Notes under the pieces: model-generated
What the model was told of the DNA's origin: nothing
Seen by the model: the letters and a program-made list of their open reading frames with translations, nothing else
The model's database searches: none
Part shown: in pieces, positions 37,877 through 50,200 of the stretch
How positions within the stretch are numbered: the first letter of the stretch is position 1
Layout: the number at the start of each line of letters is the position of its first letter
Program-made: the position numbers and the translations under genes
Assembly: GCA_002269645.1 (NCBI GenBank)
Contig: NIVC01000232.1
Location: 319,684 to 383,683, forward strand
Length of the DNA: 64,000 nt
Direction of reading: 5' to 3'
Origin: Macrostomum lignano
Lineage: Eukaryota

Positions 37877-39676
37877 CAGTGTTGCCACTGAGCATTGTGA
37901 CAAAAAAAACGCTGAGAGAAAAAAATAACACAGTGCATTTTCATCGTAGATATTACTAATATATTGTCACTAATGATTAACAACAACAATAACAGTTGAA
38001 GACCAACCCCACCTAGAAATACCAAAGTGATAATTAACCAGTAAAGAGACTGAATAACAATTGGAATGACGGGAGTACGACGTTTGCTTGCGGGAAGTTT
38101 GCTTGCAGGAATTTTGCTAGCCGAACTTTGCTTGCGGAATTTTGCTTGCAGGAATTTTGCCTGCCGAACTTTGCTTGCGGAATTTTGCTAGCCGAACTTT
38201 GCTTGCGGAATTTTGCTAGCCGAACTTTGCTTGCCGAACTTTGCTTGCAGGAATTTTGCCTGCCGAACTTTGCTTGCGGAATTTTGCTAGCCGAACTTTG
38301 CTAGCCGAACTTTGCTTGCAGGAATTTTGCCTGCCGAACTTTGCTAGCCGAACTTTGCTTGCAGGAATTTTGCCTGCCGAACTTTGCTTGCGGAATTTTG
38401 CTAGCCGAACTTTGCTAGCCGAACTTTGCTTGCAGGAATTTTGCCTGCCGAACTTTGCTTGCGGAATTTTGCTAGCCGAACTTTGCTAGCCGAACTTTGC
38501 TTGCAGGAATTTTGCTAGCCGAACTTTGCTAGCCGAACTTTGCTAGCCGAACTTTGCTTGCAGGAATTTTGCTAGCCGAACTTTGCTTGCGGAATTTTGC
38601 TAGCCGAACTTTGCTTGCAGGAATTTTGCTAGCCGAACTTTGCTTGCGGAATTTTGCTAGCCGAACTTTGCTTGCGGAATTTTGCCTGCCGAACTTTGCT
38701 TGCGGAAATTTGCTTGCCGAACTTTGCTTGCTGAAGTTTGCTTGCAGGAATTCTGCTTGCAGGAACTTTGCTTGCCGAACTTTGCTTGCAGAATTTCGAT
38801 GTCTGCTTCCTAGAAATTCGCAATCACAATTGCAAGGTTTTAACTTGCCGAATTAGATTATTTTCTTGTCTGCTTGCTTGTTTTGATTGCTTGTGAAGTT
38901 GGTCCGTCAATTATTACTTACTACAGATGCTTTGCAAGTGGATTCTTATCAGCGTCGACGTAAACTGACTTGACACTGAGCTTTCAAACTAGGCTTATAG
39001 AGTTTCATTCTAAGAGTTTAGGGGTCGCAATATAAAGCTGTCGTAGCGTAAGTTCGATCGTACGTCGGAACTTTTACACTACGGAGATAGGAGCTAAGAA
39101 CGATCTTATCTTACGATGTTCTGCATTAGGGCTTTTCAAATCCGCCATATCCTCATACAAAATCATAACACTATAGGCGACTTTCACGAATCTTAAAAAA
39201 CAAAAATTAGAAATACAAGAGCTCAATAATAGGTTCTTTAAGGTTCCGCAAGAAAACTCTGGCTGGCAAATCTCGGCAAGCAAAGTTCCTGCAAGCAAAC
39301 TTCGGCAAGCAAACTTCGGCAAGCAAACTTCGGCAGGCAAAATTCCGCAAGCAAAGTTCGGCAAGCAGACTTTGGCAAGCAAAATTCTGCAAGTAAAGTT
39401 CGGCAAGCAAAGTTCGGCAAGCAAATTTCCGCAAGCAAAAGTCCCGCAAGCAAACTTCTCGCAAGCAAATTTCATCGACCCCGTTCGATTACCAGCCGAT
39501 CCAATGCAAATTGTGTCAGGCGCACGGCAACGTCCTGGTCTTTCCCTTGCGCCTTGCGCAACCTCTCAATCGCTAGCTGAACTTCTCTTTTTTACGGTCA
39601 GAATTATTCATTGAAAAAACGCAGGAAAAAGGAATTCAGCAAATAAAAACACAAAACGCCAAGAGTGGCAACACTG
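37877..39676. mobile_element. 1.8-kb non-autonomous hAT-like DNA transposon with 13-bp TIR CAGTGTTGCCACT and 8-bp TSD CTTATCTC
   Basis: The TIRs at both ends match perfectly. CTTATCTC lies at 37869-37876 and 39677-39684. Removing the element plus one TSD restores the host repeat unit. No transposase ORF. Confidence 0.85.
38085..38795 (+). repeat. Internal repeat array of the hAT-like element (GCCGAACTTTGCTTGC / GGAATTTTGCTA)
   Basis: Seen directly; an inverted sibling array lies at 39255-39475. Confidence 0.9.
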
Positions 39677-39942
39677 CTTATCTCTCCTCTTCTCTCTTCC
39701 CTCTCCCTTTAATCTCTTATCTCTCATCTTCTCTCTTCCCTCTCCCTTTTATCTCTTATCTCTCCTCTTCTCTTCTCTCTTCCCTCTCCCTTTATTTCTT
39801 ATCTCTCCTCTTCTCTCTTCCCTCTCCCTTTTATCTCTTATCTCTCCTCTTCTCTCCCCTCTCCCTTTATTTCTTATCTCTCCTCTTCTCTCTCCCCTCT
39901 CCCTTTTATCTCTTATCTCTCCTCTCTTCTCCCTCTCCTCTC
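39677..39942. repeat. Pyrimidine-rich ~38-bp minisatellite split by the transposon; its other part is at 37737-37876
   Basis: The same CTTATCTCTCCTCTTCTCTC unit occurs on both sides of the element. Confidence 0.85.
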
Positions 39943-41144
39943 GTTTCAGCTGTCTCATATGGTCCGCAGCCATCGGGCTGCATTCTTTATCTGGTCGTTG
40001 AGGCAAAAAGTAAGAAGGCCCCGCATGGTCTATACACACACGATCAAGGCTATGAAATGAATGAATAAGCTTTAATGAAAAAATACTTGAAAATGCTAAC
40101 TATATCTGACAGAAGTTACAGCCCTGTTGTTTGGACTTTGACACACCGAATCTCAAGCCATGGTCTATGATTCAGTAACAGATGTCCACAATACACATGC
40201 GCATGGCCCAAAACTTAAAGCTTAAAAACTAAGGTACAAATATGGCCATAAATTAATCGTAGTTCACATTCAAAGCACCGTGTACACCTTCAAACATGCA
40301 AGGGTAAGAGATAATACATTCTCTGTGTCCAGGGAGACTCCCCCATACGATGGCAGCGTACTAACCCAAACCAAATCTGCTTAACTCGGATTTTTTTTGC
40401 ACAAATAAAAATGAAGCAAAAACCTCTCAAAAAAAACCAGAGCTGTTTCTTTAATTGTCATCATCAGTCTGAAAGGTACCCAGCAACCAGCACGTGCAGA
40501 ATACGTGTAAAGCAACACATATTTATGCATATTTAATTGAATTCAAAATTAACATACTCATTAATACATAATAATAGGATACAATAACAATAATGATAAA
40601 CGAATGAGTTGAATGCAAACCAGCACAGAATATATATGTATTAGATTTGCTACTATCAGTAGTCGCTAAATAATAAGACATTTATTCTATTGAAAAGTTG
40701 GCCAAAATTGCAACATTATTATTAATAATAATGATAATATACTTAAACAATAATTGACAGCAATTTTACTACACACGCACACAAAGCGACGAAGCAGCGC
40801 AGCAACTCTGACTAAAAAGCATCGGAAATCCAAGACAAGTACGTTTAGATTCGAAAAAAAACATCGCGAATAAACAGACGAGAAGATACGAGCTTAATTA
40901 ACTTTTGAACGATTTCAAACAAACTAAAACAACAAAGACGAAATTAACGAATTCCCGGAAAGCTCTCAGGGTAGGTAACGGGTGCACAGACAGGTAGACA
41001 GAGGCATCGAGCAACTGCATCTTGTGATGGTGCAGACACCAGATCAAAGAGCAGATTTGCTTAGATTTGTTAAATCAGACTAATAAAAAAATTTTTCTTT
41101 CGGAATGGTTACGGCTGTTACTGGGGAAGGTGATTCTGAGGGAA

Positions 41145-41955
41145 AGGGGCGTCTCAGTGAGATTATCCAAGTAGTTTGGGGGAGAATCTCAATGAGATTA
41201 TCCAAGTAGTTTGGGGGAGAATCTAAATGAGATTATCCTAGTTGTTCGGGGGAGACTTTCAATGAGATTATCCTAGTTGTTCGGGGGAGACTTTCAATGA
41301 GATTATCCAAGTAGTTTTGAGGAGAATCTCAATGAGATTATCCTAGTTGTTCGGGGGAGAATCTCAATGAGATTATCCTAGTAGTGTGGGGTAGAATCTC
41401 AATGAGATTATCCTAGTAGTTAGGGGGAGACTTTCAATGAGATTATCCAAGTAGTTTTGAGAAGAATCTCAATGAGATTATCCAAGTAGTTTGGGGGAGA
41501 ATCTAAATGAGATTATCCTAGTTGTTCGGGGGAGACTTTCAATGAGATTATCCAAGTAGTTTTGAGGAGAATCTCAATGAGGTTATCCAAGTAATTTGGG
41601 GGAGAATCTAAATGAGATTATCCTAATAGTATGGGGGAAGAGTCTTAATGAGATTTTTCTAGTAGTTCGGGGGGGGGGAGACTTTCAATGAGATTATCCA
41701 AGTAGTTTTGAGGAGAATCTCAATGAGGTTATCCAAGTAGTTTGGGGGAGAATCTAAATGAGATTATCATAATAGTATGGGGGAAGAGTCTTAATGAGAT
41801 TTTTCTAGTAGTTCGGGGGGGGGACTTTCAATGAGATTATCCTAATAGTATGGGGGGAACCTAAATGAGATTAATAAGTAGTTTGAGGAAGAATCTCAAT
41901 GAGTACAATCTAATTATCCTAAGTTTGGGGAAGAGTCTCAGTGAGATTATCCTTG
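41145..41955. repeat. ~35-bp minisatellite AATGAGATTATCCAAGTAGTTTGGGGGAGAATCTC
   Basis: Seen directly, downstream of SRP9. Confidence 0.92.
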
Positions 41956-42013
41956 CGGTTCAATCAAAGGATGGAGTGACTGATGGTTAATTAGACTAGC
42001 TATTAATAGACAC

Positions 42014-42244
42014 CTACTTAGATACCAGCTGCCGCATCAATTGACTCGTTAGTTTTTCCAGCTTTTTAACGTCTTGCGCGTGTTCAGTTTTGTACTTGAC
42101 GGTCACGTGATCGTTAGTAACCTTGAGCACCAGCACTCCTTGAGCCGGCTGGTAGCTGACGGTTACTCGACACCGTTTTGGATCTTCAGCGAACATCATG
42201 TCCACCACTTGGGCGAATTGCTCCCAGGTCTCTGCGATTGTCAT
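42014..42244 (-). CDS. SRP9: Signal recognition particle 9 kDa protein, 76 aa
   Basis: TWEQF...DPKRCRV...LKVTND..TVKYKTEHAQDVKKLEKLTSQLMR matches the SRP9 family pattern. Confidence 0.93.
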   Translation of the reverse strand: MTIAETWEQFAQVVDMMFAEDPKRCRVTVSYQPAQGVLVLKVTNDHVTVKYKTEHAQDVKKLEKLTSQLMRQLVSK

Positions 42245-42496
42245 GGCCTAAACTGATTTCGAGAAGTCAGCTGCGATGCAATGGGGATCGAGACGAGATT
42301 ATCGCTGCGATAGCCTTTGGCTGGAAATTGAAAAATAGAAACAATAGAAACTTTATGGGCTATGCTAGCGACGATACCACAATACATGCAATAAGCCATT
42401 GATTACTTTAACTCTAATTCTATAGGGAAGTTCGACAACAATTAGGCGTCATTTTGGCAAAGGGATAAATTTGCGTAAAGGGATTCTTATGAGATA

Positions 42497-43622
42497 ATCT
42501 TTGAGTACGGGGTCAGTTAGGGAATGGGATCATCTTTGAGTATAGGGTCAGTTAGGGAATGGGATAATCTTTGAGTACGGGGTCAGTTAGGGAATGGGAT
42601 AATCTTTGAGTATGGGGTCAGTTAGGGAATGGGATAATCTTTGAGTATGGGGTCAGTTAGGGAATGGGATAATCTTTGAGTATGGGTCAGTTAGGGAATG
42701 GGATAATCTTTGAGTATGGGGTCAGTTAGGGAATGGGATAATCTTTGAGTATGGGGTCAGTTAGGGAATGGGATAATCTTTGAGTATGGGGTCAGTTAGG
42801 GAATGGGATAATCTTTGAGTATGGGGTCAGTTAGGGAATGGGATAATCTTTGAGTATGGGGTCAGTTAGGGAATGGGATAATCTTTGAGTATGGGGTCAG
42901 TTAGGGAATGGGATAATCTTTGAGTATGGGGTCAGTTAGGGAATGGGATAATCTTCGAGTATAGGGTCAGTTAGGGAATGGGATAATCTTTGAGTACGGG
43001 GTCAGTTAGGGAATGGGATAATCTTTGAGTATGGGGTCAGTTAGGGAATGGGATAATCTTTGAGTATAGGGTCAGTTAGGGAATGGGATAATATTTGAGT
43101 AGGGGGTCAGTTAGGGAATGGGATAATCTTTGAGTATGGGGTCAGTTAGGGAATGGGATAATCCTTGAGTAGGGGGTCAGTAAGGGAATGGGATAATGCT
43201 TGAGTAGGGGGTCAGTAAGGGAATGGAATAATCCTTGAGTAGGGGGTCAGTAAGGGAATGGAATAATCCTTGAGTAGGGGGTCAGTAAGGGAATGGGATA
43301 ATATTTGTGTAGGGGGTCAGTAAGGGAATGGGATAATATTTGAGTAGGGGGTCAGTAAGGGAATGGGATAATATTTAAGTAGGGGGTCAGTAAGGGAATG
43401 GGATAATCTTTGTGTAGGGGGTCAGTAAGGGAATGGGATAATCTTTGAGTAGGCGGGGGGTCACTTAGGGAATGGGATAATCTTTCAGTAGGTGGGAGTC
43501 ACTTAGGGAATGGGATAATCTTTGAGTAGGTCGGGGTCACTTAGGGAATGGGATAATCTTTCAGTAGGTCGGGGTCACTTAGGGAATGGGATAATCTTTG
43601 AGTAGGTCGGGGTCACTTAGGG
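42497..43622. repeat. ~34-bp minisatellite GGGTCAGTTAGGGAATGGGATAATCTTTGAGTAT
   Basis: Seen directly, between the hnRNP U stop and SRP9. Confidence 0.95.
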
Positions 43623-44244
43623 AATAACCGTGGTCTATCTGTCAGGGACTATCAGTACAGATTAATCGGAAATTAATAAGCGATACACACCTAAAGTGTG
43701 AGTGAGCACTTGTAGCCGATAAAAATGACACAAAACCAACTGAAAAAGCAGATTAGCAGCAGTGAGCCGCCAATGCAAAGGGGGGGGGCATTTATTGTAT
43801 TAAACGGTAGCAACTTACAACATAAAAATATGCTTAATTATATCGTATGGTAACTACTTGACGATAACTATGTGCGAATAAGATAAATTTTCAAGTTTCA
43901 ATGACAGCAATAAATGGATTAATAATGTAACACTAGGAATTGGGGTAAAAAACACGAAGCTACTATAAGTAGTAATGCATGAAACAAATTATCCGATGCT
44001 AGTTGCGAAGATTACGCGCAGATTATATTTACACAGAAATTAACCCAAACAAACACACAGCAGGATAGACGATAGCTAAACAAAAAAGACTGAAAAAATT
44101 AATAATAGTAAAAAAACAGTTTGGGATTTGTGAATAATAATAATAACAATAATAAACTTCAGACTACTCACATTCAGGCGTTGGTAATTAAACAAAAGGT
44201 AACAATAAAATGGTCAACAATCAATCAAATCAATCAATCAGTGC

Positions 44245-47200
44245 TTAGTTGAAACCGGGGGGCCACTGCTGCGGTGGGGGCTGGGCGCCAAAGGCGGCAG
44301 CCGCAGACTGGTGCTGATGGTCGATGGTGGCCCAGGCAGAGCCGCCAGCAGCCTGCTGCTGCTGCTGCTGTTGAAAGGCCTGCTGGAACTGAGGCTGCTG
44401 CTGCTGCTGCAGGTACATCTGCGGCATCTGCTGGGCCGGCAACGGAGGCGGAGGCGGCGGCGGTTGGGCAGCTAAAGCGGCTACAGCGCCCAGCTGCTGA
44501 GCCAACTGCTGCTGCTGTGGTGGCGGCATCAGCGAAGCCGCCGGCTGAGCCTGCGGCGGCGGGGGCGGTGGAGGCGGCAGCGCCTGGCCAAATCGACCAC
44601 CGCCGCCGCCGCCGCGTCCGCCGCCGAATCGATTACCGCCGCCACCGCCGCCGCCACCGGGCATCTGGGCCATGGACGGCGGCAGCAGAGGTTGGATCTG
44701 CTGTTGCATCAGCTCGCCGACAACTCCGCCACCTCCGCCGCCACCTCCTGGAGGCCGCTGACGCCAGCCGTCTCGATGACCACCTCCGCCGCCGCCTCGG
44801 CCTCCACCGAAACGATCAGACGGCTGGTGATCGCGCCTGCTGTTGTAACCTCCCCGATTGCCGAAACCGGCCCCGATGCCGCCGCCTCCGCCTCGATCAA
44901 ATCTGCCGCCACCGCCGCCGAAGCGTCCACCGCCAGAAAAGTCGTCACGACGGTGCGACTGATGGTCACCGCCTCCCCCGAATCGGCCGAAGCCTCCGCC
45001 TCCTCCTCCGCGGCCTCCGAAACCGCCGCCGCCGCCGCCGCCTCCGCGGAAGTCTCGTCGATCGTTGCGGAAGCCACCGCCGCCGCCGCCACCGCCGCGG
45101 AAATCTCGACGTCCCTGGTCGTGCCGGTGCCTGTCGCGATCCCGGTCCCGGTCTCTGTCCCGGTGATCTCGCCCTCGATCGCGGTTCCGATCCCTGTCCC
45201 GGTCGCGATCCCGGTCCCGATCCCGGCCGTCCCGATCTCGGTCCCGACTAGAATTGTCGTCGCGGCCGCTGTCGAACCGGGACCCCCCAGGGCGTCGGGA
45301 AGACGACGATGAGCCGCCACCACCGCCGCTGCTGCCGCCTCCAGTCTTGACGGAGCCCTCCTTGTTGTACTGGGCAACAGCTTCTCGAGCTTCAGCCTCC
45401 GGCAGGTCCGGGAATATCAACTCGTCGAATAGTTCAGCATCAGGTATGGCGAATTTAGCTGTCGGGCGAATTGTTTGTTGGACGATTTCGAGGAAAGGGA
45501 GGCGGGGGGGGGGCGGGGGTTGATGTTGGATTATATTGAGAACCTTCAGGAGATTGACAATTGCACACTATATAATATAATTCAGAGGGAGTCACGATCT
45601 CGATGATGCTACTAAAACATTAAGTAGTAGCTAAGTAGTATGCGCTGCGTATTCCTTTCATTTTTTTAACAATCCAAACCTGTTAAAATAGGGCAAAAAC
45701 TTAAACACGAAAATAGGCATTATAATTTACCTTACCTACTACTTAAATAGACAGTAGAATGTGACGCAAAAAATAACAAATTAATACATATACATATAAA
45801 AAAAACACAATAAAAAACGAGCATTGGCAACCTTTCATCTCTAGCAAGTCGGACTCCGCGACTTCTTTGCCGACCTCTTTAACACGGGGCAGGGCTAGCC
45901 GTTCGGCGGAATCCTTAGCCGACGGTACAATAACAACGGCGGCACGCCTAAAACCGGCGAATGGCCGGATACGCTGGGCTTGGCCGGCTGGTACAACGTT
46001 GGTCTTCGGTTCGGCGTTAAATAAAAAAATGAAGGGGGAGAGGGAGAGATCTTTTTTCTGTTTTCTGGTCTTGCAAGTTGCAGCTCCGCTGTGGCACGTC
46101 AGCTCTCGGCTCTCACACACGAGGGTTGAATGCGGGACTGGGAGGCAGGACAGAGAAATCAATCACTGGGTCCGGTCATTCTCGTTGCGGATGATGCTCC
46201 CTACTACTACTAACATATAAGTAGCTAGTATGCGCATAATTTAAAAGAAAAGTCAGCGGAGGCGAGAGGAAATGCGTGGACAATATATGAATTGTATGAT
46301 AAATATAAACAATACATACATATATATTCACTGTTTTATGTAGCAAAAACTCGAAAAAAGAAATATTAGTCTCACCAAATCGATGATGTAATTCCTTCGG
46401 CGAAGGGCAGCCAGCTGGCATAGGGTGGCAACGCAAGCGGTGGCCCGCTGAGGGAACAGTTGCCAGCGCTGCGGGTGAGTCAGGTCGCGCCTGGACTGGC
46501 CGGCCACCTGAGAACGAAATCAATTAATATAAACATTATGAAATGCTCAATATTGATAAACAAATAACTGTTTGCCAAATTACTAAAAGGCAATACTACT
46601 GATAACAATTCGAAACTGTTAAGAATTATTGCCCCTAGCGATTTGCCAGTTGGTCCTTTTTTAGGAACAAAAATACTATTGCACAGTTACTACACCGTTG
46701 GTGATACGATCAATTGAATATTGAAGTCACCGCGGCTCTAGGCTGTGCGCAGAGTCCTAGGGGATTAGGGAGTCTGGCCCAGCAACTGAGGATCTGGGAG
46801 TCTGGCCCAGCAACTCAGGATCTGGGAGGTTGGCCCAGCAACTGAGGATCTGGGAGGCTGGCCCAGCAACTGAGGATCTGGGAGTCTGGCCCAGCAACTG
46901 AGGATCTGGGAGTCTGGTGCCCAGCAACTGAGGATCTGGGAGTCTGGTGCCCAGCAACTGAGGATCTGGGAGTCTGGCCCAGCAACTGAGGATCTGGGAG
47001 GCTGGCGGCCAGCAACTGAGGATCTGGGAGTCTGGCCCAGCAACTGAGGATCTGGGAGTCTGGCCCAGCAACTGAGGATCTGGGAGGCTGGTGCCCCAGC
47101 AACTGAGGATCTGGGAGTCTGGTGCCCCAGCAACTGAGGATCTGGGAGGCTGGAAAAAAGCAACAAAAGCTATTACAGCAGCCAGCAAATCACTTACACT

Positions 47201-50200
47201 CATCTTATCCAGCACAGAATAGCTAGCCAATATGGTGTATCGCTTGTCAGGATGACTAGCCAGATGCTGCCGGACCCAATGCGTCTTGCCAGAGCCGGGC
47301 AGACCAACCATAAAAATAACCTCGCAGCTGGCCTTGTCAGGAGGCGGCGGAGCGGCTCGAACCACGGAGTCAGATTTAGTCTGCATCGCTTGCTCCAGAC
47401 TGAGCCAGTCCTCGCTAGGCAACTCATAGTCGCTAGGCCTTGGATCTAAACGTTCAACTTTCGACGTAGTCTCCTCAGCCTCAGTAGATTCGTTAGTAGC
47501 TTTATTATTATCGGCTTCTTCAGTTTGCGGTTTGTCTTCCACAGTAGCTTGCTCAGTAGCATCAATAATCGTTGGCGGAGCAGCAAACCAATAAGCTTCC
47601 TCACCATTAGTAGAGCTACTGCCAAACTGTACAGAGAAGGCCAGATTCTTAGCCACTATACAGGGAAACAGTGCAGTTGCTGATGGCATGTCTGGCATAG
47701 AATCCGATGGTTGTTTGATAGCAAAAGCGGCGCCCTGATACCGACCATTGACGGCGAATGACAGATAGACAGAATCGGTGCCAGTTGGGAAATCCTAAGC
47801 CAAAATAAAAGATTGATTTCTTGCTTATTACTATCATACTACTGAAAGCAAGCTAATCGGACATGCAAGTTATAAATATCAGAAACGGAATGCAAATTGT
47901 CGATCATGACAGTTTGTTGTTGTCTGAGACTCTAGTCCGTTAGGGTTTCATCATGCAAGATACTTTTTTATAACTGTAAAAGTACAGATTATTAGATTAG
48001 ATATAAAGCATTAAATTTTTAGGTCAGAAACGGAATGCATATTGTCGATCAGTTTTTTTAGTCTGAGACTCTAGTCCGTTAGGGTTTCATCATTCCATTA
48101 AGAAAAAGATATAGTTATAAAAAGGACCTTATTAATATGCCCCGTAGTTCATAAGCATCAGAAAAGATTAAGCATGCAAATCATAAAGTGTATTGATTTA
48201 AATACAATACAGCATCAATGTTTTGTCTTATTTTCATCATATGCTCGTATTTGTGGAACTTGAGATGAATTAAAATAACCTACTTCAGATGAGTCACTAA
48301 TTCTATAATATTGCATTCAGGTGAGTCACTAATCCCAGTATTCTGCATTCAGGTACTTCAGGTGAGTCACTAATCCCAGGATATTGCATTCAGGTACTTC
48401 AGGGAGTCATTAATCCCAGGATATTGCATTCAGGTACTTCAGGTGAGTCACTAATCCCAGGATATTGCATTCAGGTACTTCAGGGAGTCACTAATCCCAG
48501 GATATTGCATTCAGGTACTTCAGGGAGTCACTAATCCCATGATATTGCATTCAGGTACTTCAGGTGAGTCACTAATCCCAGGATATTGCATTCAGGTACT
48601 TCAGGGAGTCACTAATCCCATGATATTGCATTCAGGTACTTCAGGTGAGTCACTAATCCCAGGATATTGCATTCAGGTACTTCAGGGAGTCACTAATCCC
48701 AGGATATTGCATTCAGGTACTTCAGGGAGTCACTAATCCCATGATATTGCATTCAGGTACTTCAGGTGAGTCACTAATTAATCTAATTCAGATGATCCTT
48801 GAAAGAAAACTTAACATAAACCATCAAAACAAATTAAAATTTGATATAACTAGGGCCAATAAAGTTGTATAATTAAACGTAAACATGTTTTAAAAAACTG
48901 GGCATTATTAAATATCAGAAAAGATTAAGCATGTCAATCACAGCGTATACGCTCCAATTTAGTCTCGCATTTTCATCACATTAATTAATGCCTTTAACTT
49001 AAAAAAAGAAGCCTAGACAAAAAGATGGACAATAAAAACAATGATTTAAAGTCAACTCACAGCATAACAGGCTACAACGTCTCCAATATTAAAGGGCTGG
49101 CCGTACTTTTCGAACACACCATTAGCGCAACGCTTGCCAGTGCTTTCGTATCCGTAGGAGTCTGGAGCTTCACCTTAGTAAATTAAAATAGAAAAAACCT
49201 TAGGGATATTATTTAAAACTTCGTTGTAGATAAATTGATAACTTAAATTTAATTAAGCATTAACATCAGACACTGAATGCAAAGCATTGTTTTGCATCAA
49301 TAATTTGGGGGGGGGATCAGAAACTTCAGTCCGAATTGTTTGGTCATCATGTTTATTGTCTGTGGCTTATAGTGAAGATGAGTCACTAATCCCTAATCTA
49401 GGGTAATTCGGGTGAGTCACTAATTCCTAAGCTAGGGTAATTAAGGTGAGTCAATAATCCCTAAGCTAGGGTAATTCAGGTGAGTCAATAATCTCTAATC
49501 TAGGGTAATTATGGTGAGTCACTAATCCCTAATCTAGGGTAATTCAGGTGAGTCACTAATCTCTAATCTAGGGTAATTCAGGTGAGTCACTAATCCCTAA
49601 TCTAGGGTAATTCAGGTGAGTCACTAATCTCTAATCTAGGGTAATTAAGGTGAGTCACTAATCCCTAAGCTAGGGTAATTCAGGTGAGTCAATAATCTCT
49701 AATCTAGGGTAATTAAGGTGAATCACTAATCCATAATCTAGGGTAATTCAGGTGAGTCACTAATCTCTAATCTAGGGTAATTCAGGTGAGTCACTAATCC
49801 CTAATCTAGGGTAATTCAGGTGAGTCACTAATCTCTAATCTAGGGTAATTAAGGTGAGTCAATAATCCCTAAGCTAGGGTAATTCAGGTGAGTCAATAAT
49901 CTCTAATCTAGGGTAATTAAGGTGAATCACTAATCCATAATCTAGGGTAATTCAGATGAGCCACTAATCCCTAATCTAGGGTAATTCAGGTGAGTCACTA
50001 ATCCCTAATCAAGGGGAATTCAGATGAGACACTAATCCCTAATCTAGGGTAATTAAGGTGAGTCAATAATCCCTAATCTAGGGTAATTCAGGTGAGTCAC
50101 TAATCCCTAATCTAGGGTAATTCAGGTGAGTCACTAATCCCTAATCTAGGGTAATTCAGGTATGCTACTGTAATTACTGTAAGTACTTATAATTTAGTCA

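Noticed and set aside
38800-39250. Transposase remnant in the hAT-like element core (VIIDGPTS)
   Set aside because: It is preceded by an in-frame stop, the match is too short, and there is no extended frame.
46757-47197. Repeat C-terminus of the 313-aa ORF
   Set aside because: It is read-through past the donor at 47197 into an intronic satellite.
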